From: a virus
Lineage: Duplodnaviria > Caudoviricetes
Strand: one strand, 5' to 3'
Length of the DNA: 24,684 nt
IMG/VR virus record: IMGVR_UViG_3300044936_000107
Location: 1-24,684 of that record
A program made the position numbers and the translations under genes. The notes below the pieces were generated by a model. It worked only from the letters and a program-made list of their open reading frames with translations, had not been told where the DNA came from and did no database searches. How positions within the stretch are numbered: the first letter of the stretch is position 1; every line of letters starts with the position of its first letter. Below, piece after piece: positions 15,401 through 22,721 of the stretch.

Positions 15401-16654
15401 ACCGGCCAAGAGATCATTCGTGATCTGCTTCGTGTTCAGCCCCAGCGCCTTATAGGTGGCCGTCGTGGACTTGGACATGTCGGTGCCACGGATCGTGAAT
15501 TCCTTGATCGCGTCGCCGACCTTGTCGACACCGATCACACCGTTCTCGGCGCCAGCAGCGATCATCATCATGGCTTGGTTGCCGTCGATGCCCAGCTGCG
15601 CGTAGTGCTTCGAGTACTCGGTGAGGGTGGGGAGGACCTCGTCGCGGACGCCCTTGGGGATCTTCTGCATGGCCCCGGCCATCATGTCGAACGCCTGCGT
15701 GCCGTTTTTCGCGAGCCCGTTTTTGATCATGACGCTGGCGGCCGTGGTGGACTCTGAGAGGTCCACGTCGAAGGTCTTGGACAGGTCCATCGCATAGCCG
15801 GTCATCGCTGCGATGTCCTTCTTGGAGGAGTTACGCAGACCCTTGAAGGAGGACACGACGCCGTCCACGGCGGTCCCGACCTCGTCCAGGTTCTCCCCGT
15901 ACCCCTTGGCGTACAGGGACGCGGCAGCAGCGCCGTAGCGCTTGGCCTGCTTCGGTGTGGAGCCGAGCTGGGCTTCGAGGTTGGAGGTGAGGTTCTGCTT
16001 GTCCATGGCCTGCGAGAAGGCGTCCTTGAGGAGCTTCGCCCCGCCAGCGGCGGCGGCCATCTTCGTGACCAGGCCACCGACACCACCGGTAGCGGCTTTG
16101 GCGCGACCGATGAGTCCCTTGAGGCCGCCGGTCATCCGGCCGGTACTACGCGAAGCGCTGTCCGTGCTCTCCGCTGCACGTTGCTGGGCCTGAGCCAGAT
16201 CCTCAGTGATGCTCGTATGAGACCGCTGAGCCTCACGAAGGCCATCCTCCGCGTTCTCGAATCGTTGGGTGGCGTCGGCTGCGCGGCCCCTGGCGGCCTG
16301 AAGGTTCAGTTCTGCAGCGCGGGCCTGCCTGGACTCGCGACCATGCTTCTCCACAGCGTCGGCGAGCCGCTGCTCTGCGGTGAGCTGAGTTGCGGCGGAG
16401 CGCTGCATTCCCTGTCGGGCCTTCGAGACTTCGCCGGAAAGCCTGGATACCAGACCGGCGGCACGCTTCTCTGAAGCCTCCAGCTCTGAGACGGCAGAGT
16501 CGGATGCACCGTCTGCCGCGTCCTCAAAAGCATCCGAGTATCCAACACCGGCCCGTCGTCCCGCCTGTGTTGCCGAGCGCGTGGCCTCCCGCACCAGGCG
16601 CTGGTTGAAGTTCCCCATCGCGGGGAGGACATCAATCCACTGCTCGTCTGCCAT
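12476..16654 (-). CDS. Tape measure protein with C-terminal M23 peptidase and lytic transglycosylase-like domains (1392 aa)
   Basis: Longest ORF, follows the chaperones; Ala/Gly-rich helical body and W/F-periodic repeats; HQGDD, YGHL, TGPHLHFE (M23); GESSWNPKAAN..GLFQ..WGLKYI..YG (SLT-like). Confidence 0.95.
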   Translation of the reverse strand: MADEQWIDVLPAMGNFNQRLVREATRSATQAGRRAGVGYSDAFEDAADGASDSAVSELEASEKRAAGLVSRLSGEVSKARQGMQRSAATQLTAEQRLADAVEKHGRESRQARAAELNLQAARGRAADATQRFENAEDGLREAQRSHTSITEDLAQAQQRAAESTDSASRSTGRMTGGLKGLIGRAKAATGGVGGLVTKMAAAAGGAKLLKDAFSQAMDKQNLTSNLEAQLGSTPKQAKRYGAAAASLYAKGYGENLDEVGTAVDGVVSSFKGLRNSSKKDIAAMTGYAMDLSKTFDVDLSESTTAASVMIKNGLAKNGTQAFDMMAGAMQKIPKGVRDEVLPTLTEYSKHYAQLGIDGNQAMMMIAAGAENGVIGVDKVGDAIKEFTIRGTDMSKSTTATYKALGLNTKQITNDLLAGGDKAKGAMGQVVTALQGVKDPGNKANMAISLFGTQLEDLGTENVPEFLKMINPATQETGKFAGTAKKMGDTLHSGAANGLETAKRSFQNMLSKGVAPLLGPVEKFTTWATKTPGVLQGLTIGLGAVAAAWLGVTLAASPWLAIAAGVGLAIAGIIVVIKNWGKIWNWLKNNVIGPFFNWLKPGFKAIGDWLKSVYESIIKPVFHAFAAIGKWLWLNILKPTFLAMRTGFKIIATVFLAQWVIIKALFKAFAAVGRWLWKNALKPAFGWIKAGFKALGTAIGIVYRAVIKPIFQAYAAIGRWLWTHALKPAFGWIKTGFRALGAGIGIVYRTLIKPIFKAAGVVGKWLWTNALKPAFNGIKAGWKGMTNGMKWVWDHVLHPVFKAVKKVIGSVADSFKIAKKAIKTAWDGLKKIAAAPVNFVIKWVYNKGIKPLWNGVTKVFGGKTLKKIDPIKYRTGGVTPGYTPGRDVHHYYSPTGGALDLSGGEAVMRPEFTRAVGSGWVNGINAAARTGGVAGVKSALGQGQAFKDGGLVKPLHGWQTDFHNFGESRAGGKHQGDDLAVGTGTPVYAVMDGKVAKTGWNIITGRTGKGVFLDHAGNHHSYYGHLSRSWVKPGQHVNAGQQIAWSGATGHVTGPHLHFEWWNGGNYYKSPVNPASILYGGSMPKGGDVFAGAGAGAAAEAPAQTAKQKKNEGWLAKLAGLGKKVAGGVGGFIKGIGKKFGAITSGFKDRIKSLADSPWIQSMTSGVKSLVAKPLKKIKSLGHRLWGKVVGEDMSGSATGGGVAGALKGGPVKDQVKSVAKKYGWNKGAQWKALDHLVQGESSWNPKAANSSSPARGLFQKMTDLHGPVEKTVAGQAKWGLKYIRDTYGTPANAYSKWLSRDPHWYKDGGILPTPAVYDQGGWMRPGQTGINLSGKPEPVFTAMQWRTLKAAVQQHDAATTREGDTYIVNANEAVSGQEVVDRLKYATLKARR
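14230..14770 (-). repeat. About four degenerate 44-45-aa (135-bp) tandem repeats within the TMP
   Basis: WLW.NALKP.F recurs; TCCACCCGAAGGC occurs at 14461 and 14596, 135 bp apart. Boundaries approximate. Confidence 0.8.
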
Positions 16655-16682
16655 GGTGGGCTCCGTCCTCCCCAGCGCGGGG

Positions 16683-17120
16683 TCACATATTCGGTTGCTT
16701 GTTCTGCGCGGCGAGCATGATGCGGGTCAGGTTCGCCCGCTGCTGGGCTTCCTGCTCAATCCGTTCCTGATCCGGTTCGTCCGCCCCGTCCACGTCGGGT
16801 GTGGGGAAGAACTTCAGGTCGGGTGGCTCACCCTCAAAGTTGACTTTCGCGTAGGCGTAGAGGAGTTCTCGCAGCCTGGATTCGACGCCCCACATCAGCC
16901 AGTCACTGGTCGTCCACGTCTCCCCGTACAGCTCAGTACGGGCCGGGTTCACCAGAGGCAAGTGCTCGATCATCACGCGCAGTTCGCGGGGGCTGATCTC
17001 TCCCCGGAGGGCCGCAAGTAGGGGGTTCCCCCGCCCCGGGTAGGCCTGCATCAGGGATGCTTCGACGGCTTCCGGGGCGGGCCCTACTAGGGCTAGGACC
17101 TCCGGGACTTGATTTTCCCC
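16683..17120 (-). CDS. Tail assembly chaperone, frameshifted C-terminal part (gpGT-like)
   Basis: The -1 frame relative to the upstream chaperone is open from GGGGAAAA (17120-17113) through ENQVPEVLALVGPAPEAVEASL into MQAYPG...; no obvious SD at ATG 17051. Confidence 0.8.
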   Translation of the reverse strand, partial: GENQVPEVLALVGPAPEAVEASLMQAYPGRGNPLLAALRGEISPRELRVMIEHLPLVNPARTELYGETWTTSDWLMWGVESRLRELLYAYAKVNFEGEPPDLKFFPTPDVDGADEPDQERIEQEAQQRANLTRIMLAAQNKQPNM

Positions 17121-17473
17121 AGGGTCTCCTGCTGCTCACGGGTCGCGGTCGCCCACGCCACCATCAGCAGGCCCGGCGTGTACCCGGCAGCGGTGACCTT
17201 CTCAAGGTCAGCCTCGGCCTGATCGCGGTCATCTAAGGCGCCCAGGACGATCAGTGCGGCTTCACGCTGATCGTCTTCCTCCCCGGCTTCCTCAACGGCC
17301 TTCAGGAACTCCTTGTGCTCGGCGCTGTCGTCCACGGTGATGCCGAGACGGATGTTCACGTATTCGCCTTTGCCGATCTCGAGGGGCTGAAGCCCGGAGA
17401 GGCCAGCATCTTCGAGCTGCTCCTTGAACTGGTCGAGGCGGATCGGGCGGGGGCCCTGGTTGGTCTTTGCCAT
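17093..17473 (-). CDS. Tail assembly chaperone (gpG-like, 126 aa)
   Basis: Lies between the major tail gene and TMP; AAGGAG SD; ends LGKIKSRRS with a slippery run in the LGK codons. Confidence 0.85.
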   Translation of the reverse strand: MAKTNQGPRPIRLDQFKEQLEDAGLSGLQPLEIGKGEYVNIRLGITVDDSAEHKEFLKAVEEAGEEDDQREAALIVLGALDDRDQAEADLEKVTAAGYTPGLLMVAWATATREQQETLGKIKSRRS

Positions 17474-17490
17474 GATGGCGCTCCTTCTGG

Positions 17491-17560
17491 TGGGACGCGT
17501 AGGACGTCTTTGTGAGGGGTGGGGTCGTGGTGCGCGTCCCAGGTCGCCACGACCCCACCC
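17491..17560 (-). promoter_or_regulatory. Structured RNA element (14-bp hairpin plus 9-bp loop pairing, pseudoknot) ahead of the chaperone RBS
   Basis: Perfect inverted repeat 17517-17530 / 17547-17560; loop 17533-17541 is the exact reverse complement of 17491-17499. Confidence 0.65.
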
Positions 17561-17578
17561 GGTATGCGAGTGAGGGGG

Positions 17579-17833
17579 TTATCCCTCGGCGGGTGGGTTG
17601 ACTGCTGCTTCGAGTGCTTCGACTCGTGCGGTCAGCGCGGCGACAGCGGATGCCTGGTCGGATGGGATCGTGGGCTTGCCCGTCACGCTGGCCCACTCGG
17701 CGGTTTTCTCGGCCGCGTCAACCTTCGTGCGGGCCTCAGTGATTGCATCCACGATCTGGTTGTGCGCCTCCGGGTGCCCGGAATCACCGGCCTTGGCGGT
17801 GTTCACCGGAAGCGGCGTGGTCCATGTAGCCAT
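17579..17833 (-). CDS. Small hypothetical virion-associated protein (84 aa)
   Basis: GAGGAG SD; helical segments around a WASVTGKP fibre-type motif; C-terminal LTARVEALE coiled coil. Confidence 0.75.
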   Translation of the reverse strand: MATWTTPLPVNTAKAGDSGHPEAHNQIVDAITEARTKVDAAEKTAEWASVTGKPTIPSDQASAVAALTARVEALEAAVNPPAEG

Positions 17834-17869
17834 GAGGCTCTCCTCTCGTCGTGCTTTCAGGGCGCGGGG

Positions 17870-17915
17870 CAGCCTCTACACCGACACCGTCAGTAGGCGC
17901 CGGTGTAGAGGGCTG
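17870..17915 (-). promoter_or_regulatory. 19-bp hairpin immediately after the major tail stop codon
   Basis: mRNA CAGCCCUCUACACCGGCGCC-uacugac-GGUGUCGGUGUAGAGGCUG; one bulge, two G-U pairs that work only on the sense strand; no U-tract. Confidence 0.75.
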
Positions 17916-18566
17916 TCATTCCCCCGATCCGCCCGAGGCGGCCTGGTGGTAGGCGGGGCCGTCCTGGGCGCGCAGCATCGACAGGCCGAGTTCCACATCG
18001 CGCAGCAGATCGAACGTGAACTCCGTGCTCTCGGTGTCAGCACGGGACAGAGCGCGGTCTCCAGCGTCGGAACGCTTGGCCCGGAAGCCTGCCTCCACGC
18101 GGTAGATGGCCTGATCGCCAACGCCGTCCTGACCCAGCAGCACGACGCGGTACTCAGGCAGCCCGGCGAGCGCGCCGTCCGTGAAGCCCCATGCACCCTG
18201 GGCGGACTCCGGCCAGTCCTCGAACGGGATGCCGTGGTTGATGGCCTGGATGAAGGCGTTGGCTTCACCGGCGGTGAACTTGATGGACTGCTCGCGGCCG
18301 GTCACATCCGAGCGCACGGGGTCCAGGCTGTTGTTCATCGTGGTCTTGTCCGAGTCAATGGACGAGGAGACGTTGGCGCCCTCAGTGGTGAGGTGCCCGA
18401 TGAACTTGATCCCGGTGGGGATCTTGGGTTCGTGGGTGGCAGCGTCGAACCACGCCTCCGGGAGGACGGGGAATGCCGCCTTGGGGTGGGCGATGCCCAC
18501 GGCGACGATTCCCCACTTGCGGACGTTGTCGTCGCGGTCAGTGATAATGCTGGTGAGTTCGGACAT
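17916..18566 (-). CDS. Major tail (tube) protein (216 aa)
   Basis: Between the tail terminator and chaperones; IGHLTTEG and PVRSDVT motifs typical of actinophage tail tube proteins. Confidence 0.88.
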   Translation of the reverse strand: MSELTSIITDRDDNVRKWGIVAVGIAHPKAAFPVLPEAWFDAATHEPKIPTGIKFIGHLTTEGANVSSSIDSDKTTMNNSLDPVRSDVTGREQSIKFTAGEANAFIQAINHGIPFEDWPESAQGAWGFTDGALAGLPEYRVVLLGQDGVGDQAIYRVEAGFRAKRSDAGDRALSRADTESTEFTFDLLRDVELGLSMLRAQDGPAYHQAASGGSGE

Positions 18567-18620
18567 GGTCCGTCCCTTTCTTCTGATGCTGGTACGCGGT
18601 TGGGACGCGTGAACTTGGGG

Positions 18621-19013
18621 TTACTGCTGCCGGGGGCGCAGGGTGATCGCCCACATGGAGTGGCACGCCCTGATCCCGGGGTTCTGGTGCGCTTGGATCG
18701 CGGGGACGAACGTGTTGCGGGCGTCATCGACGTAGACGCCGGTCGGTGCCTGCCCGGCGAGGCGGTGCATGGCGTCGTCGGCGTCCTCTGCGGCCGCCCA
18801 CACGAGTGGGCGGGTGGCGGCGTAGGCGATGACCTCCACCGTGACGGTGCGTTCCTCCATCGGCTTCGACGGGTCAGCGCCACCAACCACTCCGACCTGA
18901 TAGGCCGGGAGGTACTGGTCGAGGTCATCCGGGGTTTCCGTGAATACGGGCCGCCCGGTCGCAGTAGTGAGGTGGGCGATGAGTGCGGGTTCAACCCGCC
19001 CATACCGGGCCAT
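18621..19013 (-). CDS. Tail terminator-like protein (130 aa)
   Basis: Last gene before the major tail gene; TGATG overlap at 19013; size and VVGGAD..VTVEVIA pattern fit. Confidence 0.7.
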   Translation of the reverse strand: MARYGRVEPALIAHLTTATGRPVFTETPDDLDQYLPAYQVGVVGGADPSKPMEERTVTVEVIAYAATRPLVWAAAEDADDAMHRLAGQAPTGVYVDDARNTFVPAIQAHQNPGIRACHSMWAITLRPRQQ

Positions 19014-19342
19014 CACACTGCCCCACGCCGTAGGATCATCTGCCGGTTGGGTTTCCCCGCACGCACCGCACGGCGGCCCTCCGCGATGATCTCCGGAGTC
19101 AGGGTCGCGGTGACACGGGCGTAGGAGCGGCGGATACCCAGCCGGGACTGGGTGCCGGGTCGAACACCGGTCTCCACTCGGAGTGCCCGGGCGAAGAGCG
19201 GCTGGTTCGCGGCGTAGGCCAGAGCCCGTGTCCGTGAAAGCATCGCGGTCGCCCGCCTCTCAAGGGCTTGCATGACCTCGGGGGAGCGCATAACTTCGTT
19301 GAGCCGTTCGGTACCGAGGCCGGTGAAACGTTGCCGTGCCAT
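19013..19342 (-). CDS. Neck / tail-completion protein (109 aa, basic)
   Basis: Synteny between stopper and terminator; EVMRSPEV..AL..RA pattern. Confidence 0.6.
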   Translation of the reverse strand: MARQRFTGLGTERLNEVMRSPEVMQALERRATAMLSRTRALAYAANQPLFARALRVETGVRPGTQSRLGIRRSYARVTATLTPEIIAEGRRAVRAGKPNRQMILRRGAV

Positions 19343-19343
19343 G

Positions 19344-19685
19344 TCATCCCCTCACCTTCGTCATCGTCAGTGACGTGTGCTCGATGCGGTATCGGCCCCG
19401 CCTCGTGTCGGGGTCACCTTCGATCTCGAATGCGGCGCCGTCCCACTCGATCCGGTCAGTGCTATGGACTGGGACGGTGGGGATCGCGCCGGACACCCTG
19501 AACTTCACGACCTGCGTTTCGCGTTCGTGGTCGGTGAGGTCTTCAGCGGCGACCTGCTGGACGTTCACGCCAGGCCATTCGGTCCGGCTGGTCACTGTGA
19601 CCGGTACGCCGTCACCATCGGGCGCCCCGTTCACCACCCGGACGATGGTGACCTTGTCGTCGTGAAGGATGCGTGGTGGTCTCAT
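19344..19685 (-). CDS. Head-to-tail stopper-like protein (113 aa)
   Basis: TDRIEWDG..FEIEGDP beta pattern; follows the adaptor with an ATGA overlap. Confidence 0.75.
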   Translation of the reverse strand: MRPPRILHDDKVTIVRVVNGAPDGDGVPVTVTSRTEWPGVNVQQVAAEDLTDHERETQVVKFRVSGAIPTVPVHSTDRIEWDGAAFEIEGDPDTRRGRYRIEHTSLTMTKVRG

Positions 19686-20242
19686 ACCCGATCACCTGCC
19701 GCGTTGATCCGGTACTTATCGACGACCTCAGCCCAGAGGCTCGTGGTGCCACCGGATTGCAGGAACGCCGTGTTGAACTGCACGGTCTCCGAGCCCGTGG
19801 TGACAGACTGGACAGCAGCGGATGCCGCATCGAGGCCGATCCCTGCGGCGTCAAGGACAACGTCCTGCACGTCTTGTGGGGGCTCCTCCCACCCGGCAGT
19901 GAAGGCGACGTGGATGTTCTCCACGCCGACCGGCCACCCGTCCGCTCGGATCAGCTGCCCGGTGCGCGGGGCGACAGTGAAGCCCGCGAATGGGATGCCA
20001 TCAATATCGACATCCACCAGGGTGGGGTCGATTTGCATGGCGGGGAGGCGCAGGATCGTGGACCCGTTTCCGGAGAGCGTGGTCGTGTATGCGCTCGTGG
20101 TGACCAGCCAGTTCACGGCACCCCGGAACCGGTCCGACGCACGCCGCAACGCACGCAACGCCGCCTTGTCGTCAACGCCAACACCGGCCAAGTCCGAGAA
20201 CTCCTCCGGGTCGGCGAGGTACTTGCCCTTGTCCCAGGCCAT
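19682..20242 (-). CDS. Head-to-tail adaptor-like protein (186 aa)
   Basis: YLADP..., AL.RAS..FR, V.FTAGW..PPQDV motifs; position after the capsid gene. Confidence 0.8.
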   Translation of the reverse strand: MAWDKGKYLADPEEFSDLAGVGVDDKAALRALRRASDRFRGAVNWLVTTSAYTTTLSGNGSTILRLPAMQIDPTLVDVDIDGIPFAGFTVAPRTGQLIRADGWPVGVENIHVAFTAGWEEPPQDVQDVVLDAAGIGLDAASAAVQSVTTGSETVQFNTAFLQSGGTTSLWAEVVDKYRINAAGDRV

Positions 20243-20245
20243 GAC

Positions 20246-20533
20246 CTACGACTCCTTGAGTAGCTCGATCAACTCCGCCTTCGTCAGCCCGTCCACGTCG
20301 GCAGCGTCGAGACCCTGAGTGAGGGCATAACGCATCCAGTCGGCCTTCGACGCAGCCACAGCGGGCCGGTCGCCGGTCAGGACGGTGCTGGTGGACAGCG
20401 GGGCCGGGTTCTGCGGCTTCACGACGGGGGCGTGCTGCGGTGCTGCACCCTTCACGGCACCACTGGTAGGCAGCCCGAGACGCTGCGCGTCATCCGGGGT
20501 ATACCGGACACCGTTGTAAATGATCATGCTCAT
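20246..20533 (-). CDS. Small protein with C-terminal HeH/LEM-like helical domain (95 aa)
   Basis: GGAGGG SD before ATG 20533; ASKADW..YA...GLTKAELIELL motif; common slot between capsid and adaptor. Confidence 0.7.
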   Translation of the reverse strand: MSMIIYNGVRYTPDDAQRLGLPTSGAVKGAAPQHAPVVKPQNPAPLSTSTVLTGDRPAVAASKADWMRYALTQGLDAADVDGLTKAELIELLKES

Positions 20534-20568
20534 GAGAGCCGTCCCTCCGTACTTCAAATCCGGCATGG

Positions 20569-20616
20569 AAAAGGGGGACACCACCCAAACCATGACTGGT
20601 CGAGTGGTGCCCCCCT
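20569..20616 (-). terminator. Intrinsic terminator after the major capsid gene
   Basis: mRNA AGGGGGGCACCACUCGACCA-guca-UGGUUUGGGUGGUGUCCCCCU followed by UUU. Confidence 0.8.
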
Positions 20617-20629
20617 CACGAGGTGCGGG

Positions 20630-21883
20630 TCAAGCGCCCTTGATGTCCACGATGGCCAGCTTCGCCGCGTTGCGGATCAACTGCATGGCGCGCTTCTCAG
20701 CACGGATGTACACCAGGTTGCGCTGCGCGTAGTCCTTGTGCTGGTTGAACGCGGTCACCGACAGTGCTTCACGGTCCAGCAGCTGGATCGTGGAGAAGTC
20801 GCCAACGAGGACAGTGCCCACCGGGATCGCCTGGGACACGATGCGCTCATACCCCCACGCCTGCGGGGTGCCTGCGGAGAACGGACCGGCGCCAAGGTAG
20901 CGCCCGTCGGCATCCTTGAGCAGATCCCAGGCCTCGTCGTCCTCCGGGTTCAGGAGGAAGCCACGGATCTGGGCGCCACTGGTGGTGCGCAGCTTCGTGA
21001 TGGCCTTACGCATCGAGGTGGGCGCGTCCACGGCGAAGTCCTGCTGGAGGACGCCGGTGGTGTTGAACACGCCACGGGGGATCCCGTTGGTGCCCGACCC
21101 GTTCAGGAGGACTTCCTCGGTGAGGATGTCCAGGTTCTCCGTGAGGGTCGAGTTGATCAGCGTGGAGATCACGCCGTCGTCTGCGAGTTCCTGGTTGGTA
21201 ACCTCCATGCCGTCGGCGTAGGTGTACACCGAGGCGTTGGCGACCTGGGTCCCCAGGGTAGACAGGGGCTTCAGGCCACCGGCGGCGTCCGTGCCGGTGG
21301 TGGTCTTGGCCTCAGCGACGATGGCCGCGTTGCTGGTCTTGGAGATCACCTGGCGGTACTCGATGAACTGCGAGTCCGTGGTGCCGTGCGTGATGACGTC
21401 GAGGACCGTGCGCGGAGGACGGTAGACGAGATCCTCAACGCCGGGGAGGCGGGTCGGAGCAAGGTCACCGTTGTTGACCGTGTTCAGGGGCGCCGGGTCG
21501 GCCTTGAAGGCGCGGCGGCCACGCTGGCCAAGAGCCTTGGCCTCCACTCGGATGGGGGTGCCGTCCGAGATCCCGGACCGGTTCGAGGCGCGGAAGGACT
21601 TCATGGCCTCCGAGCCGGTGAACGCTTCACCGAGGGTTGCCGGGGCGGCCTTGCGCACGCCGGGAGCATCCTCCTGAGAAGACTGCTCACTGAAACCAGC
21701 CAGAGCCTTCAACGAAGCGGCAGCCTGCTCGTCGCGCTCGATCTGCGCGGTGAGATCGGCATGTTCCTTCGCCACGGCATCGACACGCTCGTACTCCTCG
21801 TCGGTGAGGGTGCCGTCCTGAGCCTTCGCGGTAAGGTCGCGGGCCTCAGAGGCCAGCGCCTGGAGCTTCTGCTTGCGGTCCAT
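20630..21883 (-). CDS. Major capsid protein, HK97 fold with N-terminal coiled-coil (delta-like) domain (417 aa)
   Basis: LLNGSG..PRG, LLNPED..LLKDADGRYL, LVGDFS, RNLVYIRAE.R motifs. Confidence 0.95.
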   Translation of the reverse strand: MDRKQKLQALASEARDLTAKAQDGTLTDEEYERVDAVAKEHADLTAQIERDEQAAASLKALAGFSEQSSQEDAPGVRKAAPATLGEAFTGSEAMKSFRASNRSGISDGTPIRVEAKALGQRGRRAFKADPAPLNTVNNGDLAPTRLPGVEDLVYRPPRTVLDVITHGTTDSQFIEYRQVISKTSNAAIVAEAKTTTGTDAAGGLKPLSTLGTQVANASVYTYADGMEVTNQELADDGVISTLINSTLTENLDILTEEVLLNGSGTNGIPRGVFNTTGVLQQDFAVDAPTSMRKAITKLRTTSGAQIRGFLLNPEDDEAWDLLKDADGRYLGAGPFSAGTPQAWGYERIVSQAIPVGTVLVGDFSTIQLLDREALSVTAFNQHKDYAQRNLVYIRAEKRAMQLIRNAAKLAIVDIKGA

Positions 21884-21901
21884 GAGGGGTCCGCCTTTCT
21901 G

Positions 21902-22708
21902 TTAGTTGGTGGCGGCGGCCAGCAGCCGCGCCTTGATGTCGCTGGCGCTGGCGCGTTCAACGACTGGTTCCTGGGATGGTTCTGGGGTTGACGAGGACTT
22001 CTCCGCGCCACTTGATGCGGGGCCGTCCTCGTCGCCGTCGTCCTCGTCATCGCCCTCAGCGGCCTTCGCCTTGTCGATGACCTCACCAAGCCGGTCGTAG
22101 GCGTCCTGGATGGCTTCGAGGTTCGGTTTCGAGAGGACACGGCCTGCCTTGGCGACCTGTCGTGCCTTCACGGCCAGCAGTTCCGTGTCAGGGTTGGCGC
22201 CCTTGAAGCACGGGCCAGCCTCCCAGAGATCCACGGACTTGATGCGCATCGGACCGAACAGGTCGGCGATGTCATCACCGGACTTCTCCACCGGCTCCGA
22301 ATCCGTGACGATTCCCGACCAGGAGAACTCGCGGATCAGACCGTCACGCATGAGCTGGTGAACACGCGCCGCCTTCGGATGATTCAGGTCGAGGAGGCCT
22401 TTGATACGAAGACCCTGATCGGTCTCCTCAGCCGAGACGATCTTCCCGATGATCGAATCCGGGTCGGTGAGGTCGTGGGACCACACCACGGGAATGGGTG
22501 CGCCCTTCACCGACCAGTCGGCCAACGTTTCCCGGAAGGCACCCTTCTCGACGATGTCCCCGTAGGAATCGGTATTACCGAACACGGACACCAGCGCCTC
22601 GAACTCGCCAGTACCAGCCGGGTCCGAGGCTGCCGGGTCGACTGCCTTCATGGTGATGGTGGTCGGCGCTGACTTCGCAACCTCCACACGGTCAAGTGTC
22701 TGGACCAT
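21902..22708 (-). CDS. HK97-family prohead maturation protease (about 268 aa)
   Basis: AGGAGG SD before GTG/ATG at 22711/22708; FEALVSVFGNTDSYGD..KGAF, WSHD, FSWSG, LWEAG..GANP motifs. Confidence 0.92.
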   Translation of the reverse strand: MVQTLDRVEVAKSAPTTITMKAVDPAASDPAGTGEFEALVSVFGNTDSYGDIVEKGAFRETLADWSVKGAPIPVVWSHDLTDPDSIIGKIVSAEETDQGLRIKGLLDLNHPKAARVHQLMRDGLIREFSWSGIVTDSEPVEKSGDDIADLFGPMRIKSVDLWEAGPCFKGANPDTELLAVKARQVAKAGRVLSKPNLEAIQDAYDRLGEVIDKAKAAEGDDEDDGDEDGPASSGAEKSSSTPEPSQEPVVERASASDIKARLLAAATN

Positions 22709-22721
22709 CACAGCCCTCCTA

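Noticed and set aside
17579-17918. Fusion of major tail protein to the 84-aa ORF by frameshift or readthrough
   Set aside because: The 84-aa ORF is in the +1 frame, blocked by TAG at 17878-17876; the -1 frame stops at 17890; readthrough stays in a different frame.
9396-21991. Long plus-strand ORFs (e.g. 9396-10619, 12302-13954, 17598-19124, 20432-21991)
   Set aside because: Antisense shadows of well-supported minus-strand genes, expected with high-GC codon bias; no recognisable motifs.
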